Shown here one piece after another: positions 1-9,444 of a stretch of 32,000 nucleotides of DNA. The DNA is from Pseudomonas aeruginosa. Its GTDB lineage: Bacteria > Pseudomonadota > Gammaproteobacteria > Pseudomonadales > Pseudomonadaceae. The translations under genes and the position numbers were made by a program. A model generated the notes under the pieces. That model ran no database searches, was not told where the DNA came from, and was given only the letters and a program-made list of their open reading frames with translations. Where the stretch lies: positions 4,170,001 through 4,202,000 of the forward strand of contig NZ_LN831024.1 of assembly GCF_001457615.1 (NCBI RefSeq), written 5' to 3'. Every line of letters starts with the position of its first letter. Position 1 is the first letter of the stretch.

Positions 1-228
1 GGCGAGGAACTGGCACGGGCCCTCGAATACGCCGAGCGGATCGCCCGGGCCGCGCCGCTGGCGGTGCGCGCCGCGCTGCAATCGGCGTTCCAGGGGCGCG
101 ACGAGGGGGACGATGCGGCGCTGTCGCGGGTCAACGAGTCGCTGGCCGCGTTGATCGGCAGCGAGGACGTCCGCGAGGGCGTGCTGGCGATGGTGCAAAA
201 GCGCGCGCCGGCGTTCAAAGGCCGCTAG
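1..228 (+). CDS. Enoyl-CoA hydratase/isomerase (crotonase) family protein, 3' fragment; the 5' end lies outside the window
   Basis: Frame 1 is open from the window edge to TAG at 226-228. The C-terminal peptide ...GSEDVREGVLAMVQKRAPAFKGR resembles the conserved crotonase C-terminal helix. GC3-rich codons. Confidence 0.6.
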   Translation, partial: GEELARALEYAERIARAAPLAVRAALQSAFQGRDEGDDAALSRVNESLAALIGSEDVREGVLAMVQKRAPAFKGR

Positions 229-284
229 CTCCCCTGCGGGTCGACCCCCGGTCGCTCCGCTCCATCTCTCCTGCGGAAACCGAC

Positions 285-1169
285 ATGACTTCGTTGACTC
301 AACATTCCGCAGCGCCGGTGCGGATGGAACGCCTGGCCCTGCCCGCGACCGACGGCTATCCGCTGTCCGCCTACCGCTACCACGCGCCGGGCCACGCCCA
401 TGGCAACCTGCTGGTGGCCGGCGCGACGGGCGTCGCCCAGCGCTTCTACCGGCGTTTCGCCGAACACGCCGCGCGCCAGGGCTTCGACGTACTCACCCTG
501 GACTATCGCGGCATCGGCGAATCCGCGCCGGCAAGCCTGAAGGGCTTCGCCATGTCCTACCTGGACTGGGCCTACCGGGACCTCGCCGCCGCCGTCGAGC
601 TGCTCGGCCGGGAGGAGCGGCCGCTGTACTGGATCGGCCACTCCTTCGGCGGCCACGCCATCGGCCTGCTGCCCGACCATGGGCGGCTCGCCGCCTGCTA
701 CAGCTTCGGCAGCGGCGCCGGCTGGAGCGGCTGGATGTCGCGCCGCGAAGCGCTCAAGGTGCGCCTGCTGTGGACCCTGGTGCTGCCGCCGCTGGTGGCC
801 TGGAAAGGCTACATGGCCTGGAGCCTGCTGGGCATGGGCGACGACCTGCCGCTGGGGGTCTACCGCGACTGGAAGCGCTGGTGCCGCCATCCCCGCTACT
901 ATTTCGACGACCCGGCGATGCGCCACCTCCACCAGCGCTACGCCGCAGTGCGCACGCCCTGTCTGTTCGCCACCGCCCTGGACGATCCCTGGGCACCGCC
1001 GCGCTCGCGGGACGCCTTCGTCGAGGCCTACCGCAACGCACCGCTGGAAACCCTCGACCTGCGACCCGACGGTGGACCGCTCGGACACATGGGCTACTTC
1101 CGCGCCGGTGCAGAGGCGCTGTGGGACGACGCTCTGCGCTGGCTGAGACGGCATCCGGAGAACGCCTGA
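285..1169 (+). CDS. Alpha/beta-fold hydrolase (294 aa)
   Basis: ORF track 285..1169. Nucleophile elbow GHSFGG (WIGHSFGGHA) and typical GC3-rich codon usage. The start is uncertain because there is no clear SD; an alternative ATG lies at 324. Confidence 0.75.
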   Translation: MTSLTQHSAAPVRMERLALPATDGYPLSAYRYHAPGHAHGNLLVAGATGVAQRFYRRFAEHAARQGFDVLTLDYRGIGESAPASLKGFAMSYLDWAYRDLAAAVELLGREERPLYWIGHSFGGHAIGLLPDHGRLAACYSFGSGAGWSGWMSRREALKVRLLWTLVLPPLVAWKGYMAWSLLGMGDDLPLGVYRDWKRWCRHPRYYFDDPAMRHLHQRYAAVRTPCLFATALDDPWAPPRSRDAFVEAYRNAPLETLDLRPDGGPLGHMGYFRAGAEALWDDALRWLRRHPENA

Positions 1170-1189
1170 AAGACCAGCGAGAGCGCGCC

Positions 1190-1443
1190 ATGCACCCGTT
1201 GCCGTTGTCCCTTCGCCTGTTCGCCGTCGCATTCTGGCTGGGCGTGGTCGCCGTGGAGTTCCTTCTCGAACGCAGCCGCGCCGAAAGCCGCGACCGGGGT
1301 TTCGCCGGGAGACCGCCACCAAGGGCGACAGCTTTGCCGGGGTGAACCGCTACTCCCGGCAGATCGCCCGCATCTCCCTGCTGGCCATCCCGGCCGGGCT
1401 GCTGGCCCTGGGCTGCGGCCCGTACCTGATGCGACAACGCTGA
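1190..1443 (+). pseudogene. Small two-TM membrane protein interrupted by an apparent 1-nt frameshift (about 84 aa if repaired)
   Basis: ATG 1190 in frame 2 encodes MHPLPLSLRLFAVAFWLGVVAVEFLLERSRAESRDRGFAG. Codon quality then collapses (aga, cca, cca, agg, aca, gct, ttg) until TGA at 1343-1345. From about 1309, frame 1 carries GC3-rich codons ...ETATKGDSFAGVNRYSRQIARISLLAIPAGLLALGCGPYLMRQR* ending at 1443. The switch point sits at the G-run 1307-1309. Confidence 0.3.
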
Positions 1444-1551
1444 AAAATCCGCCGACTGTCCATTTCGCGACGATGACTGGCGCTTTTGCCGGCGCAGGCC
1501 GCCCGCGCCTGCCTTACCGTTCCCCGCTCTTTCAGACACGGGAGCAGGGCA

Positions 1552-3000
1552 ATGCCGCTTGCCAGTCATCTGCGTTGCGTGGCGCTGGCGCTGGGGATCT
1601 CCACCGCGCTGGGCTGCGCGAACCGCAACCAACCCGCGCCACGCGCGGAAAGCCTCGACCCTGGCCTGTCGAGGGTGGCGGGAACCCGCGGCGACGCGCT
1701 GCCCGCCCAGTGGTGGACGCTCTACCAGGACCCTGGGCTGAACCACCTGGTGGCCGCCGCGCTGCGCCACAACCGCGACCTGGCCGCAGCCGATGCCCAT
1801 GCCCGCGCGCTCCTCGGCCATCTGCGCGGCGCACAGGGCGAACGCTGGCCACGGACCGAGGTCGGCTATGGCTACCAGTATGGGCGCGACGGCGACGACC
1901 AGACCCTCGCCGAAGCCACCGACGAGGAGCTGCGCAGCCAGTGGAAACACACCGCCCGCCTCGACCTGTCCTACCAGTTGGACCTGTGGGGCGAAGTCCG
2001 CGCCCGCATCGCCGCGGCGAAGGCGGATGCCGAAGCGGCGCAAGCGGCGCGCGACCTGCTCAGAGTCAGCGTGGCCAGCCAGACCACCCTCGCCTACGTC
2101 CGCGCCTGCGCCCTGGCGCGACGGGCAGAGGTACAACGCCGATCGGTCGGCCTGCTCGACGCGAGCCTGGCGCTGAGCGAACGCCAGCTCGCCGCCGGCC
2201 TTTCCAGCGAGCTGCAGCGACGCCGGCTGCTGGCCTTGCGCGAGCGGACCCGCGCCGCGCTGCCGATGCTCGAGGCGCGGCGGCGCGCGGCACTCTACGA
2301 ACTGGCGCTGCTCAGCGGGCGCTCGCCGCGCCAGTTGGACGCTCCTGCCGCGACCTGCGCCGGCATACCGCAACTGCGCCGTGCCCTGCCCACCGGCGAC
2401 GGCTGGAGCCTGCTGGCGCGCCGCCCGGACGTCCGCGCGGCCGAGCGCCGGCTCGCCGCCGCCGACGCCCGGCGCGCGCTGGCCGAAGCCGAGCTGTACC
2501 CGCGCATCAGCTTCGCCGTCGGCGCCGAAACCTCCGCAGCGACCCTCGCCGGCCTCGGCGGCAGCGGCGCGCTAGCCTACGCGGCCGGTCCTCTGCTGAG
2601 CTGGCGCTTCCCCAACCGGGAAAGCGCGCGAGGCCGCCTGGACAGCGCAGCGGCAGAGCGCGACGCCGCTCTGGCGCGCTTCGACGGAGCGGTGCTCGGC
2701 GCCCTGCGCGAGGTCGAGCGTGCCTTGGCGCTGTATGCCGGCGAGCGCCAGCGGCGTGCCGACCTCCAGCGTGCCCTCGACGAGCAGCGCCACGCCTACC
2801 GGTTGGCGCGCAGCAACTATCGCGCCGGCGCCCTCGATGCCCTCGAGCTGCTCGACAGTCAACGCAGCCTGGTCGCCGACCGGGCGCGCCTGGTCGACGC
2901 CGAGATGCGCGTCGCCGAGCGCCAGGTCGAACTGTTCCGGGCTCTCGGCGGCGGCTGGCAAGCCGCTCCCAGCCCCTCCCACCAGGAAAACGGACAATGA
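1552..3000 (+). CDS. Outer-membrane efflux lipoprotein, NodT/OMF family (482 aa)
   Basis: Lies within ORF 1486..3000. ATG 1552 is preceded by GGAG. Lipoprotein signal MPLASHLRCVALALGISTALGC with a lipobox Cys. Length and coiled-coil-rich sequence are typical of OprM/NodT-type factors. Its stop overlaps the next gene's start (ATGA). Confidence 0.85.
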   Translation: MPLASHLRCVALALGISTALGCANRNQPAPRAESLDPGLSRVAGTRGDALPAQWWTLYQDPGLNHLVAAALRHNRDLAAADAHARALLGHLRGAQGERWPRTEVGYGYQYGRDGDDQTLAEATDEELRSQWKHTARLDLSYQLDLWGEVRARIAAAKADAEAAQAARDLLRVSVASQTTLAYVRACALARRAEVQRRSVGLLDASLALSERQLAAGLSSELQRRRLLALRERTRAALPMLEARRRAALYELALLSGRSPRQLDAPAATCAGIPQLRRALPTGDGWSLLARRPDVRAAERRLAAADARRALAEAELYPRISFAVGAETSAATLAGLGGSGALAYAAGPLLSWRFPNRESARGRLDSAAAERDAALARFDGAVLGALREVERALALYAGERQRRADLQRALDEQRHAYRLARSNYRAGALDALELLDSQRSLVADRARLVDAEMRVAERQVELFRALGGGWQAAPSPSHQENGQ

Positions 3001-4148
3001 ACCAGGCAATCAGGGAACCCATCGAACACACCACTGGCGAAACCATGCCAGCAGCCACGCACCGGCGCCGAACCTGGCTGCTGGGCGGCCTCGCCGGCGC
3101 CATCGCGCTCGCCGCCCTGCTGGCCTGGTGGTGGAGCAGCGGACGCTTCCTGGAGGGCACCGACGATGCCTATGTACGCGCCGACTGGGTGGCGGTCAGC
3201 GCGCAGGTCTCCGGCTACGTCGCCGAGGTGCTGGTGGCCGACGACGCCGACGTCCAGGCCGGCGACCTGCTGCTGCGCCTGGACCCGCGCGACTTCCGCC
3301 AGCGCCTGCGCGCCGCCGAGTCCCGCGAAGCGGCGGCGCAGGCGGCGCTGGAAGCCCAGCGCGCGAAGCTGGAGACCCTCGATCGGCAACTGCTGGAGCA
3401 GGTGCAGACGATCAGCCGCGCCCGCGCCGATGGCGAAGCGGCGCGAGCCGAATGGCGCCGCGCCGAGACCGACTGGCGACGCTACCGGCAATTGGCCGAC
3501 GAGCATGCCACCAGTCGCCAGCGCCTGGAGAATGCCGACGCGGCGCACCAGCGAGCGCGGGCGGCGGCGCGGCGGGCAAGCGCCGAGGAAGGCCGCCAGC
3601 GCGCCGCCAGGGACGTACTGAAGAGCCGGCGACGCGAGGCGGAGGCGGCGCTCGCCCAGCGCCAGGCGGAGCTGCAGGAAGCCGCGGCGGCGCGCGAACT
3701 GGCGCGCCACGCCCTGGACGATACCGAAATCCGCGCCCCATTCGCCGGCCGCGTCGGCCAGCGCAAGGTGCGCCTGCGCCAGTACGTCACGCCGGGGCTG
3801 CCGCTGCTGGCGGTGGTGCCGCTGGAGCAGGCCTACGTGGTGGCCAACTACAAGGAGACCCAGCTCGAACGCATCCGCCCCGGGCAACCGGTAGAGCTGG
3901 AGGTGGACACGTTCGGCCGCCGCTGGCGCGGCCGCGTCGACAGCGTGGCGCCGGCCTCCGGCGCGGTATTCGCGCTGCTGCCGCCGGACAACGCCACCGG
4001 CAACTTCACCAAGATCGTCCAGCGCTTCCCGGTGCGTATCCGCCTGGACGCCGACGCCGCCGAGCGGGGCCGGCTGCTGCCGGGGATGTCGGTGATCGCC
4101 ACCGTGGACACTCGCGAACCGGACGGAGCCTCCGCCGATGAGCGCTGA
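2997..4148 (+). CDS. EmrA/HlyD-family periplasmic adaptor of an MFS efflux pump (383 aa)
   Basis: Real gene embedded in the long frame 1473..4148. ATG 2997 overlaps the upstream TGA (ATGA); an alternative ATG is at 3045. It has one N-terminal TM segment (WLLGGLAGAIALAALLAWWW), the motif DDAYVRADWVAVSAQVSGYV, a long coiled coil, and the C-terminal NFTKIVQRFPVRI motif typical of EmrA. Confidence 0.85.
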   Translation: MNQAIREPIEHTTGETMPAATHRRRTWLLGGLAGAIALAALLAWWWSSGRFLEGTDDAYVRADWVAVSAQVSGYVAEVLVADDADVQAGDLLLRLDPRDFRQRLRAAESREAAAQAALEAQRAKLETLDRQLLEQVQTISRARADGEAARAEWRRAETDWRRYRQLADEHATSRQRLENADAAHQRARAAARRASAEEGRQRAARDVLKSRRREAEAALAQRQAELQEAAAARELARHALDDTEIRAPFAGRVGQRKVRLRQYVTPGLPLLAVVPLEQAYVVANYKETQLERIRPGQPVELEVDTFGRRWRGRVDSVAPASGAVFALLPPDNATGNFTKIVQRFPVRIRLDADAAERGRLLPGMSVIATVDTREPDGASADER

Positions 4149-5649
4149 CGACAAGGTATCGCTGCGTGCCTGGGTCGCCGTCACCGGCGGCCTGTTCGGC
4201 TGCTTCATGGCTGGCATGAACGTGCACGTCACCAGCGCGGCGCTGCCGGAGATAGAAGGCGCGCTGGGAGCCACCTTCGAGGAGGGCTCGTGGATATCCA
4301 CCGCCTATCTGGTCGCGGAAATCAGCATGATCCCGCTTACCGCCTGGCTGGTGGAAGTGTTCTCCTTGCGCCGGGTGATGCTCCTCGGCTCGCTGGTGTT
4401 CCTGCTCAGTTCGCTGAGCTGCGCGCTGGCGCCGAACCTGTCGACGCTGATCCTGATCCGGGTGATCCAGGGGGCTTCGGGGGCGGTGCTGATCCCGCTG
4501 TCGATGCAACTGATCCTCACCGAGCTGCCGTCCAGCCGGATACCCCTCGGCATGGCGCTGTTCAGCCTTTCCAACAGCGTGGCCCAGGCCGCCGGCCCGT
4601 CGATCGGCGGCTGGCTGGCGGATGCCTATTCCTGGCGCTGGATCTTTCTCCTGCAACTGTTGCCGGGGATCGCCCTGCTGGCCGCGGTGGCCTGGTCGAT
4701 CCGCCCCCGCGACGGCGACCGCGAACGCCTGCGCCAGGCCGACTGGCTCGGCATCGGCGCGATGGTCGCCGGCCTCGGCGCGCTGCAGATCGTGCTGGAG
4801 GAAGGTGGCCGCCGCGACTGGTTCGAGTCTGGCTTCATCCGCGCCTTCGCCGTCCTCGCCGTGCTCGCCTTGCTGCTCTTCGTACAGCGCCAACTGTGGG
4901 GCGCGCGGCCGTTCATCAACCTGCGCCTGCTGGGCAGCTACAACTTCGGCGTGTCCAGCCTGGCGATGGCGGTGTTCGGCGCGGCGACCTTCGGCCTGGT
5001 GTTCCTGGTGCCCAACTACCTGTCCCAGTTGCAGGGTTTCAACGCCCGGCAGATCGGCGACAGCCTGATCCTCTACGGCCTCGTGCAACTGCTCCTGGCG
5101 CCGCTGCTGCCGCGCCTGATGCGCTGGCTGAACCCCAAGCTGCTGGTGGCCGGCGGCTTCGCGATCATGGCCCTGGGCTGCTGGATGGGCGCGCACCTGA
5201 ACGCCGACGCGGGACGCAACGTGATCATCCCCTCCATCGTCGTGCGCGGCATCGGCCAGCCGCTGATCATGGTCGCGCTCTCGGTACTGGCGGTGAAGGG
5301 CCTGGACAAGGCCCAGGCCGGCTCGGCCTCGGCGCTGATCTCGATGCTGCGCAACCTCGGCGGCGCGATCGGCACCGCGCTGTTGACGCAACTGGTCTCG
5401 CTGCGCGAGCGCTTCCACTCCGAGCGGATCGGCGAGACCCTGACGATCTTCGACGGCGCCCTGCAACAGCGCCTGGGCGGTAGCCAGGTGCGGATACAAC
5501 TGCCGGAGCAGCAGCAGGCGCTGGCCCTGCTCGACCACGGGGTGCGCCAGCAGGCCTACCTGATGGCCTACTCCGACGCCTTCTACCTTTCCTGCGTGGC
5601 GCTCCTGGCCTGCGCCCTGGCCTCGCTGATGCTGCGCCAGAAGGACTGA
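4138..5649 (+). CDS. MFS drug:H+ antiporter, DHA2/EmrB-like (503 aa)
   Basis: ORF track 4138..5649. Overlaps the adaptor gene by 11 nt. Highly hydrophobic, with a length appropriate for a 14-TMS transporter. Confidence 0.9.
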   Translation: MSADDKVSLRAWVAVTGGLFGCFMAGMNVHVTSAALPEIEGALGATFEEGSWISTAYLVAEISMIPLTAWLVEVFSLRRVMLLGSLVFLLSSLSCALAPNLSTLILIRVIQGASGAVLIPLSMQLILTELPSSRIPLGMALFSLSNSVAQAAGPSIGGWLADAYSWRWIFLLQLLPGIALLAAVAWSIRPRDGDRERLRQADWLGIGAMVAGLGALQIVLEEGGRRDWFESGFIRAFAVLAVLALLLFVQRQLWGARPFINLRLLGSYNFGVSSLAMAVFGAATFGLVFLVPNYLSQLQGFNARQIGDSLILYGLVQLLLAPLLPRLMRWLNPKLLVAGGFAIMALGCWMGAHLNADAGRNVIIPSIVVRGIGQPLIMVALSVLAVKGLDKAQAGSASALISMLRNLGGAIGTALLTQLVSLRERFHSERIGETLTIFDGALQQRLGGSQVRIQLPEQQQALALLDHGVRQQAYLMAYSDAFYLSCVALLACALASLMLRQKD

Positions 5650-5651
5650 AC

Positions 5652-6434
5652 TCAGTCGCCCTCGGCCACCCGGTAGGCGGCGCCGCGGCCGAAATAGAGG
5701 CTCGGCGAAACGCCCAGGGTCCGGCGAAACATGGCGCTGAAGGCGCTCTGGCTGTCGTAGCCGAGGTCCAGTGCGACCTCGAGGATCGAATGCCCTGCCG
5801 CCAGCGCATCGAGGCTGGCGAGCAGGCGCATGCGCCGCAGCCACTGGACGAAGCTGAGACCGGTTTCGCGCTGGAAGGCGCGGGTCAGGGTCCGCGGGCT
5901 GACGCCCAGGCGACGCGCAGCATCGCCCAGGCTCCAGTCGGCGGCCGGCTCGGCGCGCAGGCTGCGGCACAGCGCCGCCAGTCGCGGATCGACCGGCTGT
6001 GGCACGTGCAGGGCGAGGATCGGCAGCACCCGCAGTTCATCGAGGATCAGCTCCATCACCCGCTCGTCGCGGCCACCCGGCGGGTAGTCCGGGGCGATCC
6101 GCATCGCCGCGACGATCAATTGCCGCAGCAACGGCGGCACGTCCACCACCCGGCAGTCCTGCGGTAGGTCGTGGCGCGCTTGCGGGGCGATGAACAAGGT
6201 GCGCATGCGCACCTGGCCGGCGAAACGCAGGGCATGCTCGATACCGGCCGGCAACCAGACACCGCGTCCCGGCGGCACCACCCAGGTGCCCTCGGCGGTG
6301 CCGACCGTGACCACCCCGCTGAGCGCATGGATCAATTGCGCGCGCGAATGCCGGTGCAGCTCGACGCGCTCGCCGTGGAGATAATCCTGGGCATAGGCGA
6401 AGACCGGACGGGTGGAAGGCAGGTCGATCAGCAT
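5652..6434 (-). CDS. AraC-family transcriptional regulator with N-terminal cupin-type sensor domain (260 aa)
   Basis: ORF track 5652..6434. The C-terminal AraC HTH region includes ...LGVSPRTLTRAFQRETGLSF...GYDSQSAFSAMFRRTLGVSPS. N-terminal HRH...QL cupin signature. Its stop lies only 2 nt from the convergent MFS gene's stop. Confidence 0.85.
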   Translation of the reverse strand: MLIDLPSTRPVFAYAQDYLHGERVELHRHSRAQLIHALSGVVTVGTAEGTWVVPPGRGVWLPAGIEHALRFAGQVRMRTLFIAPQARHDLPQDCRVVDVPPLLRQLIVAAMRIAPDYPPGGRDERVMELILDELRVLPILALHVPQPVDPRLAALCRSLRAEPAADWSLGDAARRLGVSPRTLTRAFQRETGLSFVQWLRRMRLLASLDALAAGHSILEVALDLGYDSQSAFSAMFRRTLGVSPSLYFGRGAAYRVAEGD

Positions 6435-6625
6435 CGGGCGGGCCTTGGCGGGCAGTGGTGGCGCTGTCTTTTTACCAGCCGCGCCATGCTAACGACCAGA
6501 CCCGGCGGAGCACGCCGGCGCTCGCCGCGACGCGGCGAGCGCGCTACCCTGGCCGCCCCGGCGTGGCGCGACTGCCTGGCATATCCGCCGCGCCATCCCT
6601 CCCCAAGCACAGGAGCGAAACCAGC

Positions 6626-7129
6626 ATGGCCTCTTACGCGGAACTGTTCGATATCGGAGAAGACTTCGCCGCCTTCGTCGGCCATGGCCTGGCCACGGAA
6701 CAGGGCGCGGTCGCGCGGTTCCGGCAGAAGCTGGAAAGCAACGGGCTGCCGAGCGCGCTGACGGAACGCCTGCAACGCATCGAACGGCGCTATCGCCTGC
6801 TGGTCGCCGGGGAAATGTGGTGCCCGGACTGCCAGATCAACCTGGCCGCGCTGGACTTCGCGCAGCGCCTGCAACCGAATATCGAGCTGGCAATCATTTC
6901 CAAGGGCCGCGCCGAGGACGACCTGCGCCAGCGCCTGGCGCTGGAGCGAATCCCGATTCCGCTGGTACTGGTGCTGGACGAGGAGTTCAACCTGCTCGGA
7001 CGCTTCGTCGAACGGCCGCAGGCGGTGCTCGACGGCGGTCCGCAGGCGCTTGCGGCGTACAAGGCGGGCGACTACCTGGAGCACGCCATCGGCGACGTCC
7101 TGGCGATCATCGAAGGCGCGGCGCGCTGA
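6626..7129 (+). CDS. Thioredoxin-fold protein with WCPDC redox motif (167 aa)
   Basis: Lies within ORF 6455..7129. ATG 6626 sits about 10 nt downstream of AGGAG (6611-6615). CxxC motif in GEMWCPDCQ. Confidence 0.65.
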   Translation: MASYAELFDIGEDFAAFVGHGLATEQGAVARFRQKLESNGLPSALTERLQRIERRYRLLVAGEMWCPDCQINLAALDFAQRLQPNIELAIISKGRAEDDLRQRLALERIPIPLVLVLDEEFNLLGRFVERPQAVLDGGPQALAAYKAGDYLEHAIGDVLAIIEGAAR

Positions 7130-7150
7130 GACAGCGCCTTCGCCCGCTTC

Positions 7151-7408
7151 TCAGTGCCGCGAACAGCCCGCGCCAAGGCCTCGGTACTGCAAGCGATGTA
7201 GGCGTCCGGCGCTGTCGCGGTAGAGCATCACCAGCGGCACCACGCCACAGGTGGCCGGCACCGGCGTGACGGAAAGCACCCGCTCGATGTCCAGCGGCAT
7301 GCCGTAGTCGTAGCGCTCGATCGGCGGCAACTCTTTCCCGTCGTCGTCCGCCGCCTGGACCTGGGACCAGCAGGACAGCAGCAAGGCCAGCAAGAACGAG
7401 GTTTTCAT
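7151..7408 (-). CDS. Small secreted protein, possibly a lipoprotein, DUF2790-like (85 aa)
   Basis: C-terminal part of ORF 7151..8284. Its ATG (7408-7406) overlaps the stop of the upstream FUSC gene (ATGA). Signal peptide MKTSFLLALLLSCWSQVQA. The family call is from memory of short Pseudomonas DUF2790 proteins. Confidence 0.55.
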   Translation of the reverse strand: MKTSFLLALLLSCWSQVQAADDDGKELPPIERYDYGMPLDIERVLSVTPVPATCGVVPLVMLYRDSAGRLHRLQYRGLGAGCSRH

Positions 7409-9444
7409 GAGGTCTTTTCTCCATGCTGCGCCCCGTCGGACGAGACGCTTTGCGAATAGGCCCGGAGCAACCAGGCGAGGTCGGTGAGGATCGCGGCCAG
7501 GCGCCACTCGCCGGCGGCCGCCAGGCGGGCGCCGGCACGGCGTGCGTGCCGCGCGGCGAGCGGCGGATCGCGATGGCGGACGGCGATGGCTCGCAGTGCG
7601 CGCTCGATCCACCGCGCCTCCGCGGCGGCCGGGTCGAGCCCGGCCAGGGCGCGCCACAGGCGCCGCGACTCGCGGCCGAGTTGCAGGGATACGAAGCCCA
7701 GGCGCAGGGCCAGCGCGCTGCGCGGATGTTCCATGCCATGCAGCGCGCCCAGCTGGGCGATGCGATGCTGCTGGCGGGCCTGCCAGGCATGCGCGTCGAA
7801 ACCGGCGCGACGACGCAGCAAGGCGAGGGTCTCGCGGCGCAGATGGTCGAGCAGCGACGCCGAATGCCGTTCCAGGTCCTTCGGCAGCAGGCGGTAGACC
7901 AGCAGGCTGATGCAGAGCGCCAGCACCCAGGCGCAGGACTGGTTGGCGAAGTCGCCGAAATCGAAGCGGGCGAGATTGCCGGTGGCGACCAGGGTGTTGA
8001 AGGCGATCAGGTAGGCGATTCCCTGCAACGCCCGCCTGGGCACTGTGGTGGCCTGGATACCGAACGACCAGAAGAAGGCGAGGCACAGCAGCAGCAATGG
8101 AAAACCGTTGATCAGCGGTAGCAGAAGGAATTTGCAGAGCAATGCGGCAGGTATCGCGTAGAGCGTGCCGCGAATGAAATTGCGCGTGCCCTCGGCGGGA
8201 AAGGGCGAGGCTGCCAGCAGCGTGCAGTAGGGGCCGAGCACCGCCAGCAGGGCCGGCCCCTGGTCCCACCCGCTGAGGAACCACAGGGCGCCGCCGACCA
8301 GCATCGCCAGCCAGGCTCGCGCGCCGTTGCGCAAGGCCTCGCGGTAATGTCGATGGAAGGCCGCTGGGCGGACGTCGGCGCGGGCCCGGCCGTCGAGCCG
8401 GGCGAACCCCCGCAGGGCGGCCTGCAGGTCATCCAGTTGCTCGTCGAGACGCTCCATGAACAGCCCTTCGCGACAGGCATCCGCTTGGTCTGTCGGAAGT
8501 CCGCGCCGAATCGCCGCCAGGCGACCGCGCAAGCTCGCGAGCCGTCGCGCGGCGCCGGCGAAGTCGAGCTCGCCGCGATCCAGTTGGCCGCCCAGCAGGC
8601 GCAGGTCGTCGGCCATCGGCAGCGCCAGTCCACGCTCCGCCAAGCGCCGGGCCCAATGCGTCTCGCCGGCGAAGCGGAACTCCATCAGCGTGGAAAACAG
8701 CGCCGCCAGGCCACCGCGGATCGCCGGGAGCGCAGCGCTCAGCGCCCGCGACTCGGCGCGACCGACACCCAGCAGGTCGTCTACCGCGTAGACCTCGCCG
8801 GCCAGCGTCCGGCGACGGCGCTCCAGTTCCCCGTCAGCCGCACCGGCATGCCGCGCAGCGACCAGCGCCAGCGTCGCCGCGCAGAGCGAGACGAGACGCT
8901 GGCGCACCCGCCCGGACACGGTCCTGCGGCTGAAGAGCACGGTCACCAGGCTCAGGCAGCAGACCCCGACGATTACCGCCGAGGCGCGGGTGACGATGTG
9001 CTCGAAGGCCGCCTCGGGCTCGACCATGGCCGGTCCCAGCGCCAGGCACACAGTGTAGCCGGCGACCACCGCGGCGGTGGCGTAGAAGTGCCAGACCAGG
9101 CTCATGACGCCGACGCAGAGACCCAGCCAGAAACCCAGGGCGACGACGAACAGCAGCATCTTCTGGGCGAACAGCGCGGTCAGGACGAAGGCAGCGAGCG
9201 TGCCGACCAGGGTACCCACGGCGCGCCACCAGCCCTTGCCGACCACCGCTCCCTGCACCGGATTGATCAGCAACAGCACAGTGGACGCGGCGGAAAACGG
9301 CGAATCCAGTTGCAGGTAGAGCCCCAGGCCGAGCGCCAGAGCGGCAGCGCCGATGCTGCGCAGCACGTAGTCCAGGCTGTCGATCCGCCAGGGCAACGGC
9401 AACGCCGCGTACCAATCGCGCCCGCCGGACGCCGACGCCGCCAT
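7405..9444 (-). CDS. FUSC/AaeB-family aromatic-acid (fusaric-acid-resistance type) efflux permease (679 aa)
   Basis: Lies within ORF 7405..10038. The ATG at 9444-9442 overlaps the adaptor gene's stop (TGATG). It has two hydrophobic multi-TM blocks separated by a long soluble helical region, which is the AaeB/FusC architecture. Confidence 0.8.
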   Translation of the reverse strand: MAASASGGRDWYAALPLPWRIDSLDYVLRSIGAAALALGLGLYLQLDSPFSAASTVLLLINPVQGAVVGKGWWRAVGTLVGTLAAFVLTALFAQKMLLFVVALGFWLGLCVGVMSLVWHFYATAAVVAGYTVCLALGPAMVEPEAAFEHIVTRASAVIVGVCCLSLVTVLFSRRTVSGRVRQRLVSLCAATLALVAARHAGAADGELERRRRTLAGEVYAVDDLLGVGRAESRALSAALPAIRGGLAALFSTLMEFRFAGETHWARRLAERGLALPMADDLRLLGGQLDRGELDFAGAARRLASLRGRLAAIRRGLPTDQADACREGLFMERLDEQLDDLQAALRGFARLDGRARADVRPAAFHRHYREALRNGARAWLAMLVGGALWFLSGWDQGPALLAVLGPYCTLLAASPFPAEGTRNFIRGTLYAIPAALLCKFLLLPLINGFPLLLLCLAFFWSFGIQATTVPRRALQGIAYLIAFNTLVATGNLARFDFGDFANQSCAWVLALCISLLVYRLLPKDLERHSASLLDHLRRETLALLRRRAGFDAHAWQARQQHRIAQLGALHGMEHPRSALALRLGFVSLQLGRESRRLWRALAGLDPAAAEARWIERALRAIAVRHRDPPLAARHARRAGARLAAAGEWRLAAILTDLAWLLRAYSQSVSSDGAQHGEKTS

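Noticed and set aside
6520-6540. Perfect 9-bp hairpin GCTCGCCGC-gac-GCGGCGAGC in the AraC/thioredoxin-like intergenic region.
   Set aside because: It is real in the sequence, but it has a 3-nt loop, no U-tract and no second copy in the window. I cannot assign it a function, and it may be a chance GC palindrome.
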